Positions 44,860-54,543 of a DNA stretch of 64,000 bases are shown one piece after another. Made by a program: the position numbers and the translations under genes. Below the pieces are notes generated by a model. It searched no databases. It saw nothing but the letters and a program-made list of their open reading frames with translations, and was not told the origin of the DNA. The stretch's first letter is position 1. Every line of letters begins with the position of its first letter. Location of the stretch: NCBI GenBank assembly GCA_038244535.1, contig JBBRTJ010000001.1:10861-74860 (forward strand), given 5' to 3'. Origin of the DNA: Acidimicrobiales bacterium (GTDB taxonomy: Bacteria > Actinomycetota > Acidimicrobiia > Acidimicrobiales > Ilumatobacteraceae).

Positions 44860-45371
44860 GCCCAGGGATCGGTGCCGTCGTACGGGCGGCGCCGGACCGG
44901 CGCGGCGTCGCGCTTCCACACCATCACGCGGCGACGGAAGAAGCAGACCTCCTGGCCGTCCTGGTTGAAGCCCTTGGTCTCGACGGTCACGATGCCCCGA
45001 TCAGGCTTGGAACTGCTCTCTTTGACCTCGAGCACCTTGGTCTCGGCGTAGATGGTGTCGCCGTGGAACGTCGGGTGCTTGTGCTGGAGGGTCTCGACCT
45101 CGAGGTTGGCGATGGCGGCACCGCTCACGTCGGGCACGCTCATCCCCAGCACCAGCGAGTACACGAGGTTGCCGACCACGACGTTGCGACCGTGAACCGT
45201 CTCGTGCTCGGCGAACCAGGCGTTGGTGTGCAACGGGTGGTGGTTCATCGTGAGCATGCAGAACAGGTGGTCGTCAGCTTCGGTGATGGTCTTGCCGGGC
45301 CAGTGCTTGTACACGTCTCCGGGGGTGAAGTCCTCGAGGTAGCGGCCGAACGGACGCTCGTACACGGTCAT
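44856..45371 (-). CDS. MaoC-family (R)-specific enoyl-CoA hydratase (itaconyl/mesaconyl-CoA hydratase-like)
   Basis: 171 aa. Hot-dog fold pattern FTPGDVYKHWPGKTITEADDHLFCMLTMNHHPLH. Confidence 0.88.
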   Translation of the reverse strand: MTVYERPFGRYLEDFTPGDVYKHWPGKTITEADDHLFCMLTMNHHPLHTNAWFAEHETVHGRNVVVGNLVYSLVLGMSVPDVSGAAIANLEVETLQHKHPTFHGDTIYAETKVLEVKESSSKPDRGIVTVETKGFNQDGQEVCFFRRRVMVWKRDAAPVRRRPYDGTDPWA

Positions 45372-45382
45372 GGGCGGGCACC

Positions 45383-46603
45383 CTACCGACCGGGCTTCTC
45401 CTCATCGCCAGCCGCACCGGCGTTGGACAGCCCGGTCGCCGGCTCCTCCAGGTGGCCGTACTGCTCGATCCACTCGAGGCGGTTCGGCGCCGTGCCGATG
45501 GCCTCGAACGCGGCGGTGCGATCACGGGGGCCGAGGCGCAGGGTCACGTAACTGATCGCCCCGAGCGGGATCGGGAGCCAGAAGGCTGCGAGGCGGTAGG
45601 TGACCACGCCGATGGCGGCGGTGCTGGGCTCCATCCCGAACGCGACGAGCGTCGACGTGAGCACGGCCTCGACCACGCCGAGGCCGCCTGGGGTGATCGG
45701 GATGGCAGCCGAGACGTTGGCCAGGCAGAAGGCGAGGAGGATCCCGTCGATGGGCGGCTGGCCCCCGAACGCGCGCAGGAACACGTAGAGCGAGGCCGCA
45801 TCGAGGAGCCAGTTGGCCACCGCCCACAGCGCAGCGCGGCGCAGCAGCACCGGATCGCGCATCATGTCTCGAAGCCGGTCGGCGATGCTGCTGACCAGCT
45901 CGACGGCCTTGTCCTCCTTGACGAAGCGGACCTTGCGAGCCACGGCCCGCACGGCTCGCTCAGCTTGAGCACGACCCTTGAGCAGCCCGATGACGATCAG
46001 CCCGAACGCGGCCATGAGCAAGATGCCGATGATGCCCACGGTGGCGTAGGCGGCGTTGACACCCTGGAAGGGGATGGTCCACAGCAGGGCCAACCAGAGC
46101 ATCAGGTTGAGCACCACCGCCGACCCGACGCCGACGGTGGCCAGCGCGAAGCCGGCGTTGGCTGGCTCGACGCCGCTGGCGGTCATCAGGCGAAAGCCGA
46201 GGGCTGAACCGGCAGCCGAACCGCCGGGGACCAGGTTGGTCACGGTCTTCGTGGCGAGCTGAATGCGCACGAGGCGGAAGAGCTTGAGCTTGTCGTCACT
46301 CGGAAGGGCCACCCAGGTGAGGCGGGAGTATGCGGCAAAGGCCGCCAACTGGAAGCCGAGGCCCAGCACCAGCAGCACCGGGTTCAGCTCGGACAGCGTG
46401 TCGAGGGCGCTCCTGAAGCCGCCCAGCTGCGGAAGGATCAGGTTGTTGAAGACCAGCCAGAACAGAACGATCTGGATGGTCCGCTTGATCCCTCGGCGGC
46501 GCCCGGCGGCCTTCGGGCCATCGACCAGCGCCATGCGGATGCCCCGCGCGGGCGTGTCGAGCGGCGCGCCAGGCGCCGCGTCGCCGGCCGGTTCGTCGGG
46601 CAT
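45383..46603 (-). CDS. UPF0104 / lysylphosphatidylglycerol-synthase-TM-like flippase-domain membrane protein
   Basis: ORF 45383..47164 trimmed to ATG 46603. Multi-TM, with ITPGGLGVVEAVL motif. Confidence 0.8.
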   Translation of the reverse strand: MPDEPAGDAAPGAPLDTPARGIRMALVDGPKAAGRRRGIKRTIQIVLFWLVFNNLILPQLGGFRSALDTLSELNPVLLVLGLGFQLAAFAAYSRLTWVALPSDDKLKLFRLVRIQLATKTVTNLVPGGSAAGSALGFRLMTASGVEPANAGFALATVGVGSAVVLNLMLWLALLWTIPFQGVNAAYATVGIIGILLMAAFGLIVIGLLKGRAQAERAVRAVARKVRFVKEDKAVELVSSIADRLRDMMRDPVLLRRAALWAVANWLLDAASLYVFLRAFGGQPPIDGILLAFCLANVSAAIPITPGGLGVVEAVLTSTLVAFGMEPSTAAIGVVTYRLAAFWLPIPLGAISYVTLRLGPRDRTAAFEAIGTAPNRLEWIEQYGHLEEPATGLSNAGAAGDEEKPGR

Positions 46604-46647
46604 CCCCCCATAGCTAGCCGATCCAGGCCCGTTCAGGAAGGACCTCC

Positions 46648-47676
46648 TCACGAACCGAGCTGCTCGACGAGCTCGACCAGCGTGCTCACGAGCGCCGGGC
46701 GGAGCTCGCTCGGCGACTTGCCGAGGCGCACGACCACCGCGTCGAGCGCAGGGATGACCAGCGTGTACTGCCCCTCGTAGCCGTGGGCGCCGAACGTGCC
46801 GAGCTCGCCCAGCGGCCCGTTCCAGAGCCACCACTGAGCGCCGTAGCCGTGCTCCTCCTCGGGTGGCGTGGGCGTCGGCGTGCGGGCCTGGTCGACCCAA
46901 CCGACAGGCAGGACCTGCCGGCCATCCCACCGGCCGTTGCGCAAGTAGAGGGTGCCGAACCGGGCGAAGTCTCGGGCGGTGGCGTACAGGAACGACGAGC
47001 CGATGAACGTGCCAGCCGCGTCGAAGCGGGGATCGGCGGACCGCATGCCGATCGGGCCGAACAGACGGTCGGCGAGGTAGCGGCGCAGGCCGGCCTCGCC
47101 ACCGCCGATCGCCGCCGAGGCGATGCGAGCCAGGACGTTGGTCGTGCCGGAGGAGTAGTTCCACACCGTTCCCGGCTCGTGGTCGAGGGGGAGCGAGGCC
47201 GCGTAGGAGGCGACGTCGCCATGGCCGGCGCCGAACAGCATCTCGATGCAGTGCGAGGTCTCCGCGTCGACGTAGTCCTCGTTGAAGCGCAGCCCGCCCG
47301 ACATCGTGAGCAGGTGACGCACCGTGATGGCGGAACGCCCGTCACCCGGCGCCTGCCACTCGGGCACCGGCGCGGGCTCGTCGAGGTGCACGAGCCCGTC
47401 GGCCACGCACAGCCCGATGAGAGCCTGCGTGACGCTCTTGCCCATCGACCACGAGATCAGCGGCTCGGCCAGATCGGTGCTCGGCCCGTAGCCCTCCCAC
47501 ACGATTCGACCGTGGCGCACGACCACCAGCGCCAGCGTGAGCCCGAGCTCGGGTGGTTGCAACAGCAACTTCTCTGCGGCCGGAAGGTTGGCCTGCTGGG
47601 CGGACGGGGCGATGGGCCACGCCTCAGTCGGCCACGGCACGCCATCAGGTTGGGAGGGCAGGGGTAGGAAGCTCAT
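46648..47676 (-). CDS. serine hydrolase (beta-lactamase/PBP4* family)
   Basis: ATG 47676 overlaps the upstream stop (ATGA). SxxK motif SMGKS, with HLLTMSGGL. Confidence 0.85.
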   Translation of the reverse strand: MSFLPLPSQPDGVPWPTEAWPIAPSAQQANLPAAEKLLLQPPELGLTLALVVVRHGRIVWEGYGPSTDLAEPLISWSMGKSVTQALIGLCVADGLVHLDEPAPVPEWQAPGDGRSAITVRHLLTMSGGLRFNEDYVDAETSHCIEMLFGAGHGDVASYAASLPLDHEPGTVWNYSSGTTNVLARIASAAIGGGEAGLRRYLADRLFGPIGMRSADPRFDAAGTFIGSSFLYATARDFARFGTLYLRNGRWDGRQVLPVGWVDQARTPTPTPPEEEHGYGAQWWLWNGPLGELGTFGAHGYEGQYTLVIPALDAVVVRLGKSPSELRPALVSTLVELVEQLGS

Positions 47677-48266
47677 GGGACCACCCCACGATCGATCCAC
47701 TTCGGGATCGGGGTCGGCACAGGGTGGTCGAGGGCGGCGAGCACCGCTTCCACCGTCGACGCTCGGCGCAGGAGCGCGGCGTGCTCAGGCCGGATGAAAC
47801 CTTCGGCGACGGCCCGCTCGACCTGTTCGAACATCGGCCCGTAGAACCCATCGACGTCGAGCACGACGGCCGGCTTGGTGTGGTAGCCGAGCTGACCCCA
47901 CGTCACGATCTCGAACAGCTCCTCGAGCGTGCCGAAGCCGCCGGGCAAGGCAACGACGGCCTCCGCGAGATCGGCCATGAGCGCCTTGCGCTCGTGCATC
48001 GAGCCGACCACCTTGAGCTCCGTCAGCCGGTCGTGGCCGATCTCGACCCCAACGAGCGCTTCAGTGATCACGCCGACCACCCGACCACCGGCGCCGAGCG
48101 CGGCGTCAGCGACGACGCCCATCAGCCCGACGTTGCCGCCGCCGTAGACGAGCGTCATGCCCCGGCGGGCGATGGCGCCGCCGAGCTCAGCCGCGACCGT
48201 CGCGTACGCCGGGCTCCTCCCGGTACTGGAGCCGCAGAACACGCACACCGTCGTCACACTCACCAT
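47673..48266 (-). CDS. LOG-family nucleotide 5'-monophosphate nucleosidase
   Basis: VCVFCGSS, GGGNVGLMG, PGGFGTLEE motifs. The start is ATG 48266 or GTG 48290. Confidence 0.9.
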   Translation of the reverse strand: MVSVTTVCVFCGSSTGRSPAYATVAAELGGAIARRGMTLVYGGGNVGLMGVVADAALGAGGRVVGVITEALVGVEIGHDRLTELKVVGSMHERKALMADLAEAVVALPGGFGTLEELFEIVTWGQLGYHTKPAVVLDVDGFYGPMFEQVERAVAEGFIRPEHAALLRRASTVEAVLAALDHPVPTPIPKWIDRGVVP

Positions 48267-48301
48267 GGGAGTCTCGCGAACCACGAGCACGAGTTCGGGC
48301 G

Positions 48302-49939
48302 ATGAGCGGGCCGCCGGTAGCGTTCTTCGCCGTGACGACCCCCGATCTCACCAACGCCGCAGCCGTGATCGACCTCGCCGAGAGGGTGGTGGGCAAGGGC
48401 ATCCGAGCCCTCGTCTCCGCCGGCGGCCCCGACGTTGCACAGGTTCTCGCCTACGACCTCGCCCACTCCTCCGCCGCCCTCGAGACGGCCAGGTCGATGC
48501 TCGACTACGGAGCCAAGGGCGACATCGAGGCCCGCATCACGTGTGCCTTCGTGGCCGACGCCGTGCACGAGCTGCGGGCCCGGGTGATGGGCCGCGAAGC
48601 GCTCTGGGGGCTCGACGGCGATGCCCTCGCCGACACCAACGGCTTCCTGGCCGAGTACCGCGATCCGTCGTTCCTGGCCTCGCTGGCCGGCGATGCCGGT
48701 CCTCGCCACCTCGATCCTGACTTCGAGATGGTGCAGGACACCTTCCGCCGCTTCGCCAACGACAAGATCGCCCCGGTGGCCGAGCACGTGCACCGCCACA
48801 ACGCCGACGTGCCTGAAGACATCATCTCGGGGCTGGCCGAGATGGGAGCGTTCGGGCTCAGCGTGCCCGAGGAGTACGGCGGGTTCGCCGGCGGTGGCGA
48901 GGGCGACTACCTCGGCATGGTGGTGGCCACCGAGGAGCTGAGCCGTGGCTCGCTCGGCATCGGCGGCTCGCTCATCACCCGTCCCGAGATCCTGACCCGG
49001 GCCCTCGTGAAGGGCGGCACCGAGGAGCAGAGGCAGACCTGGCTGCCCAAGCTGGCCACAGCCGAGGTGATGGCCGCGGTCGCGGTGACCGAACCCGACT
49101 TCGGCTCCGACGTGGCCGGCCTGAAGGTGACCGCGACCCGTGGCGCCGGTCCCGACGGTGAAGCGGGCTGGCTCATCAACGGGGTCAAGACGTGGTGCAC
49201 GTTCGGGGCGCGGGCCGACGTGCTCATGCTGCTGGCCCGCACCGACCCTGATCGCTCCAAGACCCACAGGGGCCTGTCGCTGTTCGTCGTGCCCAAGCCC
49301 CGGGGCGAGAGCCATGGCTTCGAGTTCGAGCAGGCCGGCGGCGGCAAGATGGAGGGTCGCCCGATCGACACCATCGGCTACCGCGGCATGCACTCCTACG
49401 AGATCGCCTTCGACGCCTGGTGGGTGTCCGAGGCCTGTCTGATCGGGGGCGAGGACGGACTCGGTCGCGGTTTCTACTACCAGATGGAGGGCTTCGAGAA
49501 TGGCCGGCTGCAGACCGCGGCACGCGCCGTCGGGGTGATGCAGGCCGCCTACGAGGCCGCCGTCGACTACGCCGCCAACCGGACGGTGTTCGCCAAGTCG
49601 GTCGGCGACTACCAGCTCACCCGGGTGAAGCTGGCCCGTATGGCAGTCATCATCCAAGCGAGCCGCCAGTTCAGCTACTCGGTGGCTCGCCTGATGGCCA
49701 AGGGCGAGGGCGCGCTCGAGGCGAGCATGGTCAAGGCCTACGTGTGCAAGGCCGCCGAGTGGGTGACCCGCGAGGCCCTGCAGATCCATGGTGGGTACGG
49801 GTACGCCGAGGAGTACGCGGTGTCGCGCCTGTTCGTCGACGCCCGCGTGCTGTCGATCTTCGAGGGCGCCGACGAGACGCTGTGCCTCAAGGTGATCGCT
49901 CGCCGCCTCGTCGAGCAGGCAGGCACCACCGCGGCCTGA
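48302..49939 (+). CDS. acyl-CoA dehydrogenase with an N-terminal extension
   Basis: 545 aa. ACAD middle and C-terminal domain pattern (TEPDFGSD, WCTFG, IHGGYGYAEEY). Confidence 0.92.
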   Translation: MSGPPVAFFAVTTPDLTNAAAVIDLAERVVGKGIRALVSAGGPDVAQVLAYDLAHSSAALETARSMLDYGAKGDIEARITCAFVADAVHELRARVMGREALWGLDGDALADTNGFLAEYRDPSFLASLAGDAGPRHLDPDFEMVQDTFRRFANDKIAPVAEHVHRHNADVPEDIISGLAEMGAFGLSVPEEYGGFAGGGEGDYLGMVVATEELSRGSLGIGGSLITRPEILTRALVKGGTEEQRQTWLPKLATAEVMAAVAVTEPDFGSDVAGLKVTATRGAGPDGEAGWLINGVKTWCTFGARADVLMLLARTDPDRSKTHRGLSLFVVPKPRGESHGFEFEQAGGGKMEGRPIDTIGYRGMHSYEIAFDAWWVSEACLIGGEDGLGRGFYYQMEGFENGRLQTAARAVGVMQAAYEAAVDYAANRTVFAKSVGDYQLTRVKLARMAVIIQASRQFSYSVARLMAKGEGALEASMVKAYVCKAAEWVTREALQIHGGYGYAEEYAVSRLFVDARVLSIFEGADETLCLKVIARRLVEQAGTTAA

Positions 49940-49974
49940 CCACCTCAACGCCTGAGAGGTGCTTCACTGCCACC

Positions 49975-51696
49975 ATGGCAGGCAAGGTGGTGGCAACGAT
50001 CGTGTTGGTGGTGGCGCCGGTGCTGGCCGCGCTGGGGGCCCTGGCCGGCGCCGCAGCCGGTGACAGCGAGCGGGTCACAGCGATGTGGATCGGCGGGCAG
50101 CTGCGCGCCGACGGGCAGGCCCGGGTCACCGAGGTGATCGACTACGACTTCGGCAGTCAGGCGCGCCACGGCATCTTTCGTGACGTGCCCGGGCTGGTGA
50201 CCGACGAACCGGTCACCGTTGCGATGGACGGGTCGTCCGTGCCCGTGACGCAGACTTCGGCGGGCCAGAGCACGGATCTGCGCATCGGCGATCCCGATCG
50301 CACGATCACCGGCCGCCACCGCTACGAGATCACCTACACGGTGAGCGACCTGACGGTGGGGTCCAAGTTCGGTTGGGATGCCGTCGGCAACGCCTGGCAA
50401 GTGCCGATCGAGAACATCGAGGTGAACCTCGTGTCGCCCCAGGCCCTCGACAACCCCCGCTGCGTGCAAGGGCGGGCCGCCTCCCAGGACAGCTGCCAGG
50501 TCGCGGCACCGGTCGCAGGCCAGCTGCAGGTCCGCCTCGGCAACGTCAGTGCCGGCGAGGGCATGACGATCTACGCCACGCTCGGTGCCCGCCTCACCGC
50601 GACGCCGGCGCGGCCTCCCGCCCCGTCGGGTCCTGCGAACGACCCCGGAGCCAGCCTCCTGGCCATCATGGGCGCCGCGTTCGCCTCGACACTGGCCCTG
50701 GCCGTCGTCGGAGCCGTCGTGGTGCGCCGTCTTGGACGTGAGCGGGTCTTTACCGGCGGGGCCACCGAAGCCGCGTACGCCACGAGCGGCACCGAGGTCC
50801 GCATGACCACGGCGGAACTGGCCGAGCTGGCCACGATCGAGTTCGCCCCGCCGCGAGAGCTCACGCCCGCCCAGGGCGGTGCCCTGCTGGCCGAGCAGGT
50901 CCGCGACGACCACAAGGTGGCTTGGCTCCTGCACGAGGCCGTCGAGGGCTACGTCGACATCACCGGAGACCCGCCCGATCTCACGCTGGTCCGCCTCGAG
51001 CACCCCGCGGGTCCCGCCACGCCGATCCTCGACGCCGCCTTCGTCGGGCGCACGAGCGTCCCCCTCGGCAAGCACGACGCCGACGTGGCCAAGGCGTGGG
51101 TGGCCATCGACCGGGGGCTGAAGGGCTGGCTGAAGGGCAGCGAGCTGTGGGACCCGCGGGGGGACCGCCATCGTGCGCTCGCCATCGGATTCGGGATCGC
51201 GGTCGCGGTCCTGGGCACGCTGGCGGTCATGGGCGGTGCGGCCATTGCCGTCCGCCAAGGACCGGCCTGGCTCGTGCTCACCGCCGCTGGTGGCGCTGTC
51301 CTCGGCTTCGGCTGGGCCGCGGCGACCCGATCCGGCGAGCTGCGGGTCCGCACGCCGATCGGCTCAGGCCTCTGGCTGCGGGTCGAGTCGTTCCGACGGT
51401 TCCTGGCTGCGTCGGAGGCCGAGCACGTGCGAGCCGCCGCCGAGCATGGCAACCTCCGCGAGTACTCCGCATGGGCGGTCGCCGTGGGCGAGGTCGACCA
51501 CTGGACCGCTGCCGTCAAGGCCGCGGGGCTCCCCGCCGCCGCCGTCGGGGGCACGGTCCTGCTGGCTCCCTACCTGGGAGGCGCGATGCACGGCTCGGTC
51601 ACGACACCGACATCGAGCGGGGGCGGCGGCATGAGCGGTGGCTTCGGCGGCGGGGTCGGCGGCGGCGGAGGTGGTGGCGGCGGCGGGTCCTGGTGA
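49975..51696 (+). CDS. DUF2207-domain membrane protein
   Basis: ORF 49420..51696 trimmed to ATG 49975. N-terminal TM, beta-rich ectodomain (RHRYEITYTV), internal TMs, and a poly-Gly C-terminus typical of DUF2207. Confidence 0.8.
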   Translation: MAGKVVATIVLVVAPVLAALGALAGAAAGDSERVTAMWIGGQLRADGQARVTEVIDYDFGSQARHGIFRDVPGLVTDEPVTVAMDGSSVPVTQTSAGQSTDLRIGDPDRTITGRHRYEITYTVSDLTVGSKFGWDAVGNAWQVPIENIEVNLVSPQALDNPRCVQGRAASQDSCQVAAPVAGQLQVRLGNVSAGEGMTIYATLGARLTATPARPPAPSGPANDPGASLLAIMGAAFASTLALAVVGAVVVRRLGRERVFTGGATEAAYATSGTEVRMTTAELAELATIEFAPPRELTPAQGGALLAEQVRDDHKVAWLLHEAVEGYVDITGDPPDLTLVRLEHPAGPATPILDAAFVGRTSVPLGKHDADVAKAWVAIDRGLKGWLKGSELWDPRGDRHRALAIGFGIAVAVLGTLAVMGGAAIAVRQGPAWLVLTAAGGAVLGFGWAAATRSGELRVRTPIGSGLWLRVESFRRFLAASEAEHVRAAAEHGNLREYSAWAVAVGEVDHWTAAVKAAGLPAAAVGGTVLLAPYLGGAMHGSVTTPTSSGGGGMSGGFGGGVGGGGGGGGGGSW

Positions 51697-51795
51697 TCCG
51701 ATGGTGGTGCCGGTCCCCCGCACCACCCGAGCCCGACGACGCACCGCGGGTATTCCACCGCGGCCAGGAGGGTCGTTCTCGTAGCGTCCGCACTC

Positions 51796-53019
51796 ATGGC
51801 GATCGAGGTCCGCACCATCACCGATGACGAGGTCGAGCCCTGGGTCGCCGCGCTGCGCAACGGCTTCCTGGGGTTCGCCGATCCCGGCGAGGCCGAGTTC
51901 CGCCGAGAGAGCATGAACCTCGACCGCACGTGGGGCGCCTTCCACGGCAGCAAGATCGTGTCAACGCTGCGCTCGTGGGACGGCGAGGTCACCGTGCCCG
52001 GTGGAGCTGTCGTCCCCGCCGCCGCGCTCACCGCGGTCACGGTGCTCGCCACGCATCGCCGCCGAGGGCTGATGTCCGAGATGCTCCTGGCCGACCTCGA
52101 GCACGCCCGTGAGCTGGGTGAGCCCCTCGGCATGCTCATCGCCGCCGAGTGGCCGATCTACGGGCGCTTCGGGTACGGACGGGCCACCGAGACCGCCACC
52201 TGGACCATCCGGACCGGGAACGCCAGCTTCCGCGAGCCGGTCGACGCCGACGTCGAGCTGATCTCCAACGCGGACCTGCGCGCCATCGCCCCCGACCTGT
52301 TCGACCGCCATCGCCGGCAGTCCATTGGCGAGATCGTGCGCAAGGAGCGCTACTGGGACCCCAACCTCGGGATCGTGGCGTGGCCGGGCGAACCCATCAA
52401 GCCCTCGTTCTGCGCGGTGTGCCGCGACTCCGAAGACCAGCCCATCGGCTACCTCCACTACCGGATCAAGGACGACTGGGACGAGCGCCGACCGAACTCC
52501 ACTCTCGAGGTCGAGGAGCTGATCGCACTCACACCCGCCGCCGAGGCCCGCCTCTGGCGCTACGCCTGCGAGGTCGACTGGGTCGTCACCGTCGAGGCCG
52601 CCAACCGGCGCGTCGACGAGCCGCTGCCGTTCCTCCTGGCCGACGGCAGGGGCGCCTACCAGAAGTCGCGTGGCGACCACCTCTGGGTTCGCCTCCTCGA
52701 CGTGCCGGCCGCCCTCGCCGCCCGCACCTACCAGGGCAGCGGCACCGTGACCCTCGAGGTCATCGACGCCACCGGTCTCAGCGGGGGTCGTTACCGCCTC
52801 GACGCATCGCCCGCCGGCGCGTCGTGCACCCGCACGTCGGCGGCCACGGCCGATCTCACGCTCCCCCTCGAATCGCTGGGCGCCGCCTACCTCGGCGGCA
52901 CCTCACTCGCCCTGCTTGCCGCGGCCGGCCTCGTGGCCGAAGACCGACCGGGGGCACTGACACTCGCCGATCGCCTCCTGCGCGCCGACACCACCCCGTG
53001 GTGCACCACCTGGTTCTGA
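51796..53019 (+). CDS. Eis-like GNAT acetyltransferase with an SCP2-like C-terminal domain
   Basis: 407 aa. VLATHRRRGLMSEML acetyl-CoA site, and a three-domain length typical of Eis-family proteins. Confidence 0.85.
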   Translation: MAIEVRTITDDEVEPWVAALRNGFLGFADPGEAEFRRESMNLDRTWGAFHGSKIVSTLRSWDGEVTVPGGAVVPAAALTAVTVLATHRRRGLMSEMLLADLEHARELGEPLGMLIAAEWPIYGRFGYGRATETATWTIRTGNASFREPVDADVELISNADLRAIAPDLFDRHRRQSIGEIVRKERYWDPNLGIVAWPGEPIKPSFCAVCRDSEDQPIGYLHYRIKDDWDERRPNSTLEVEELIALTPAAEARLWRYACEVDWVVTVEAANRRVDEPLPFLLADGRGAYQKSRGDHLWVRLLDVPAALAARTYQGSGTVTLEVIDATGLSGGRYRLDASPAGASCTRTSAATADLTLPLESLGAAYLGGTSLALLAAAGLVAEDRPGALTLADRLLRADTTPWCTTWF

Positions 53020-53028
53020 CGCTGGACC

Positions 53029-54504
53029 TCAGGGCGCCCGCCGGTAGAGCGTCAGGGTCGGGTTGGCCAGCACGACCTCGAACTGGTCGCGGTAGCGAGC
53101 CCACGCTTCCTGCTGGGCTGGGGTCAGGGTGTGGTCGATCAGCACGTACTGCAAACGAGCGATCCGATCGGTCAGAGGCTTGCCCTCCTGATCGAACGTG
53201 CCCCAGTTCTGGGCCGCGAACGGCGTGGGGATCTCGTAGATCTCGGCCCGGTGGCTGAGCTGGGTGAGGAACCGGTAGGGGACGGCGAGGTTCGCCCCCG
53301 ACGGGATGGCCGCCAGCGCCTGGTTCACGTCGGAGCGCTCACCGGCCGGGATGGTCACCGTGGGCCACGGCTCGCGGGCAAAGGGCAGGGGACCCCAGAG
53401 GTAGGCGCCGTACAACGAGCAGACGACGAGCGCGACGACGGCGCCCGCCTGCGCGTCGGACCGGCGCAGCTTGCCCACGGCGGCGATCGCCGCGATGACC
53501 ATGATCGGGGCGAACAACAGGCTGTAGTGGTACTTGATGTCGTGCTGGTAGTAAAAGGTGCTGACGAGGTTCGAAGCCAGCACCAACGCCCCGAGCACGG
53601 CGAAGCGGGGCGCCAAGAAGGCGAGGCCGGCCACCGGGACGACCAGCTGCACGACGTAGAAGCCCCGACCACCGGACACCAGGTAACGGGCGACCTCGAG
53701 CGGATCGGTGAAGGTCGTGCGCAGCAGCCCACCGAACCCTCCGAACGGGATCCGCCACGAGTTGAGCGACCCGACCCCGTTCAGCCAGCGCAGGCTGATG
53801 AGCGCCAGGATCGTCCACGCGACGCTGCCCGCCACCACCGACCAGCCGACGCGGCGGTTGTGGAACAGGGCGCACATCACGCCGAGGGGGGCGACGACCA
53901 GCACCATGTCTTCCTTGATGAGGCACAGCACGACGCAGCAGGCCACGAACCAGCGCCACTTGTCGTTGAGCATGGCCAGCACTGCGCCGGCCAACACCGG
54001 AGCAGCGAGGGCGTCGGGGTGGAACTGCTCGAGGTTCGTCCACGCCAGGGTCGGGTAGAGGAGCACCGTGGTGCTGGCCAGCACCGCCATCCACGGTTGG
54101 GGCAGGAAGTGCCGGCCGATCAAGTACACGGGGATCGCCGTGGCGGCCAGCGCCAGGGTCTGGATGATGACGAGGAAGTTGGGGCCGGCCCCCAGCGCGT
54201 AGAACGGCACCAGCGGTAGCAGCATGATCGACGAGTGGTCGCCGAACAGGTTGCGGCCCATCACGGTCACGAACGGCTCGTGGAAGCGGCTCAGCAGCCA
54301 CAGCCCCTGGTCGTAGATGCCGAGGTCGAAGCCGTACGAGCGGTAGTCGCGGTGCATGCCCACGGTCGTGGTGCCGAGCACCAGCGCGTACCAGGCCACG
54401 ATGCAGCCGACGACGGCACCTGAGATCATCGCGGCGGGCGAGCGCTGTGCGGTGGGACGCCGCGCCGTGGCCGCGTCCGGCCTCGCCTGCTTCGAGATGG
54501 CCAC
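53029..54504 (-). CDS. DUF2079-domain integral membrane protein
   Basis: ORF 53029..54765 trimmed to GTG 54504 (ATG 54429 is an alternative). YGFDLGIYDQ and FGDHSS motifs, many TMs. Confidence 0.8.
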   Translation of the reverse strand: MAISKQARPDAATARRPTAQRSPAAMISGAVVGCIVAWYALVLGTTTVGMHRDYRSYGFDLGIYDQGLWLLSRFHEPFVTVMGRNLFGDHSSIMLLPLVPFYALGAGPNFLVIIQTLALAATAIPVYLIGRHFLPQPWMAVLASTTVLLYPTLAWTNLEQFHPDALAAPVLAGAVLAMLNDKWRWFVACCVVLCLIKEDMVLVVAPLGVMCALFHNRRVGWSVVAGSVAWTILALISLRWLNGVGSLNSWRIPFGGFGGLLRTTFTDPLEVARYLVSGGRGFYVVQLVVPVAGLAFLAPRFAVLGALVLASNLVSTFYYQHDIKYHYSLLFAPIMVIAAIAAVGKLRRSDAQAGAVVALVVCSLYGAYLWGPLPFAREPWPTVTIPAGERSDVNQALAAIPSGANLAVPYRFLTQLSHRAEIYEIPTPFAAQNWGTFDQEGKPLTDRIARLQYVLIDHTLTPAQQEAWARYRDQFEVVLANPTLTLYRRAP

Positions 54505-54543
54505 TGCGCGAAAGTAGTGCCCACCGAGCCTGCGAGGACGTCG

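Noticed and set aside
51599-51696. The poly-Gly coding run at the end of the DUF2207 gene as a repeat element.
   Set aside because: A Gly-rich C-terminus is a normal feature of DUF2207 proteins.
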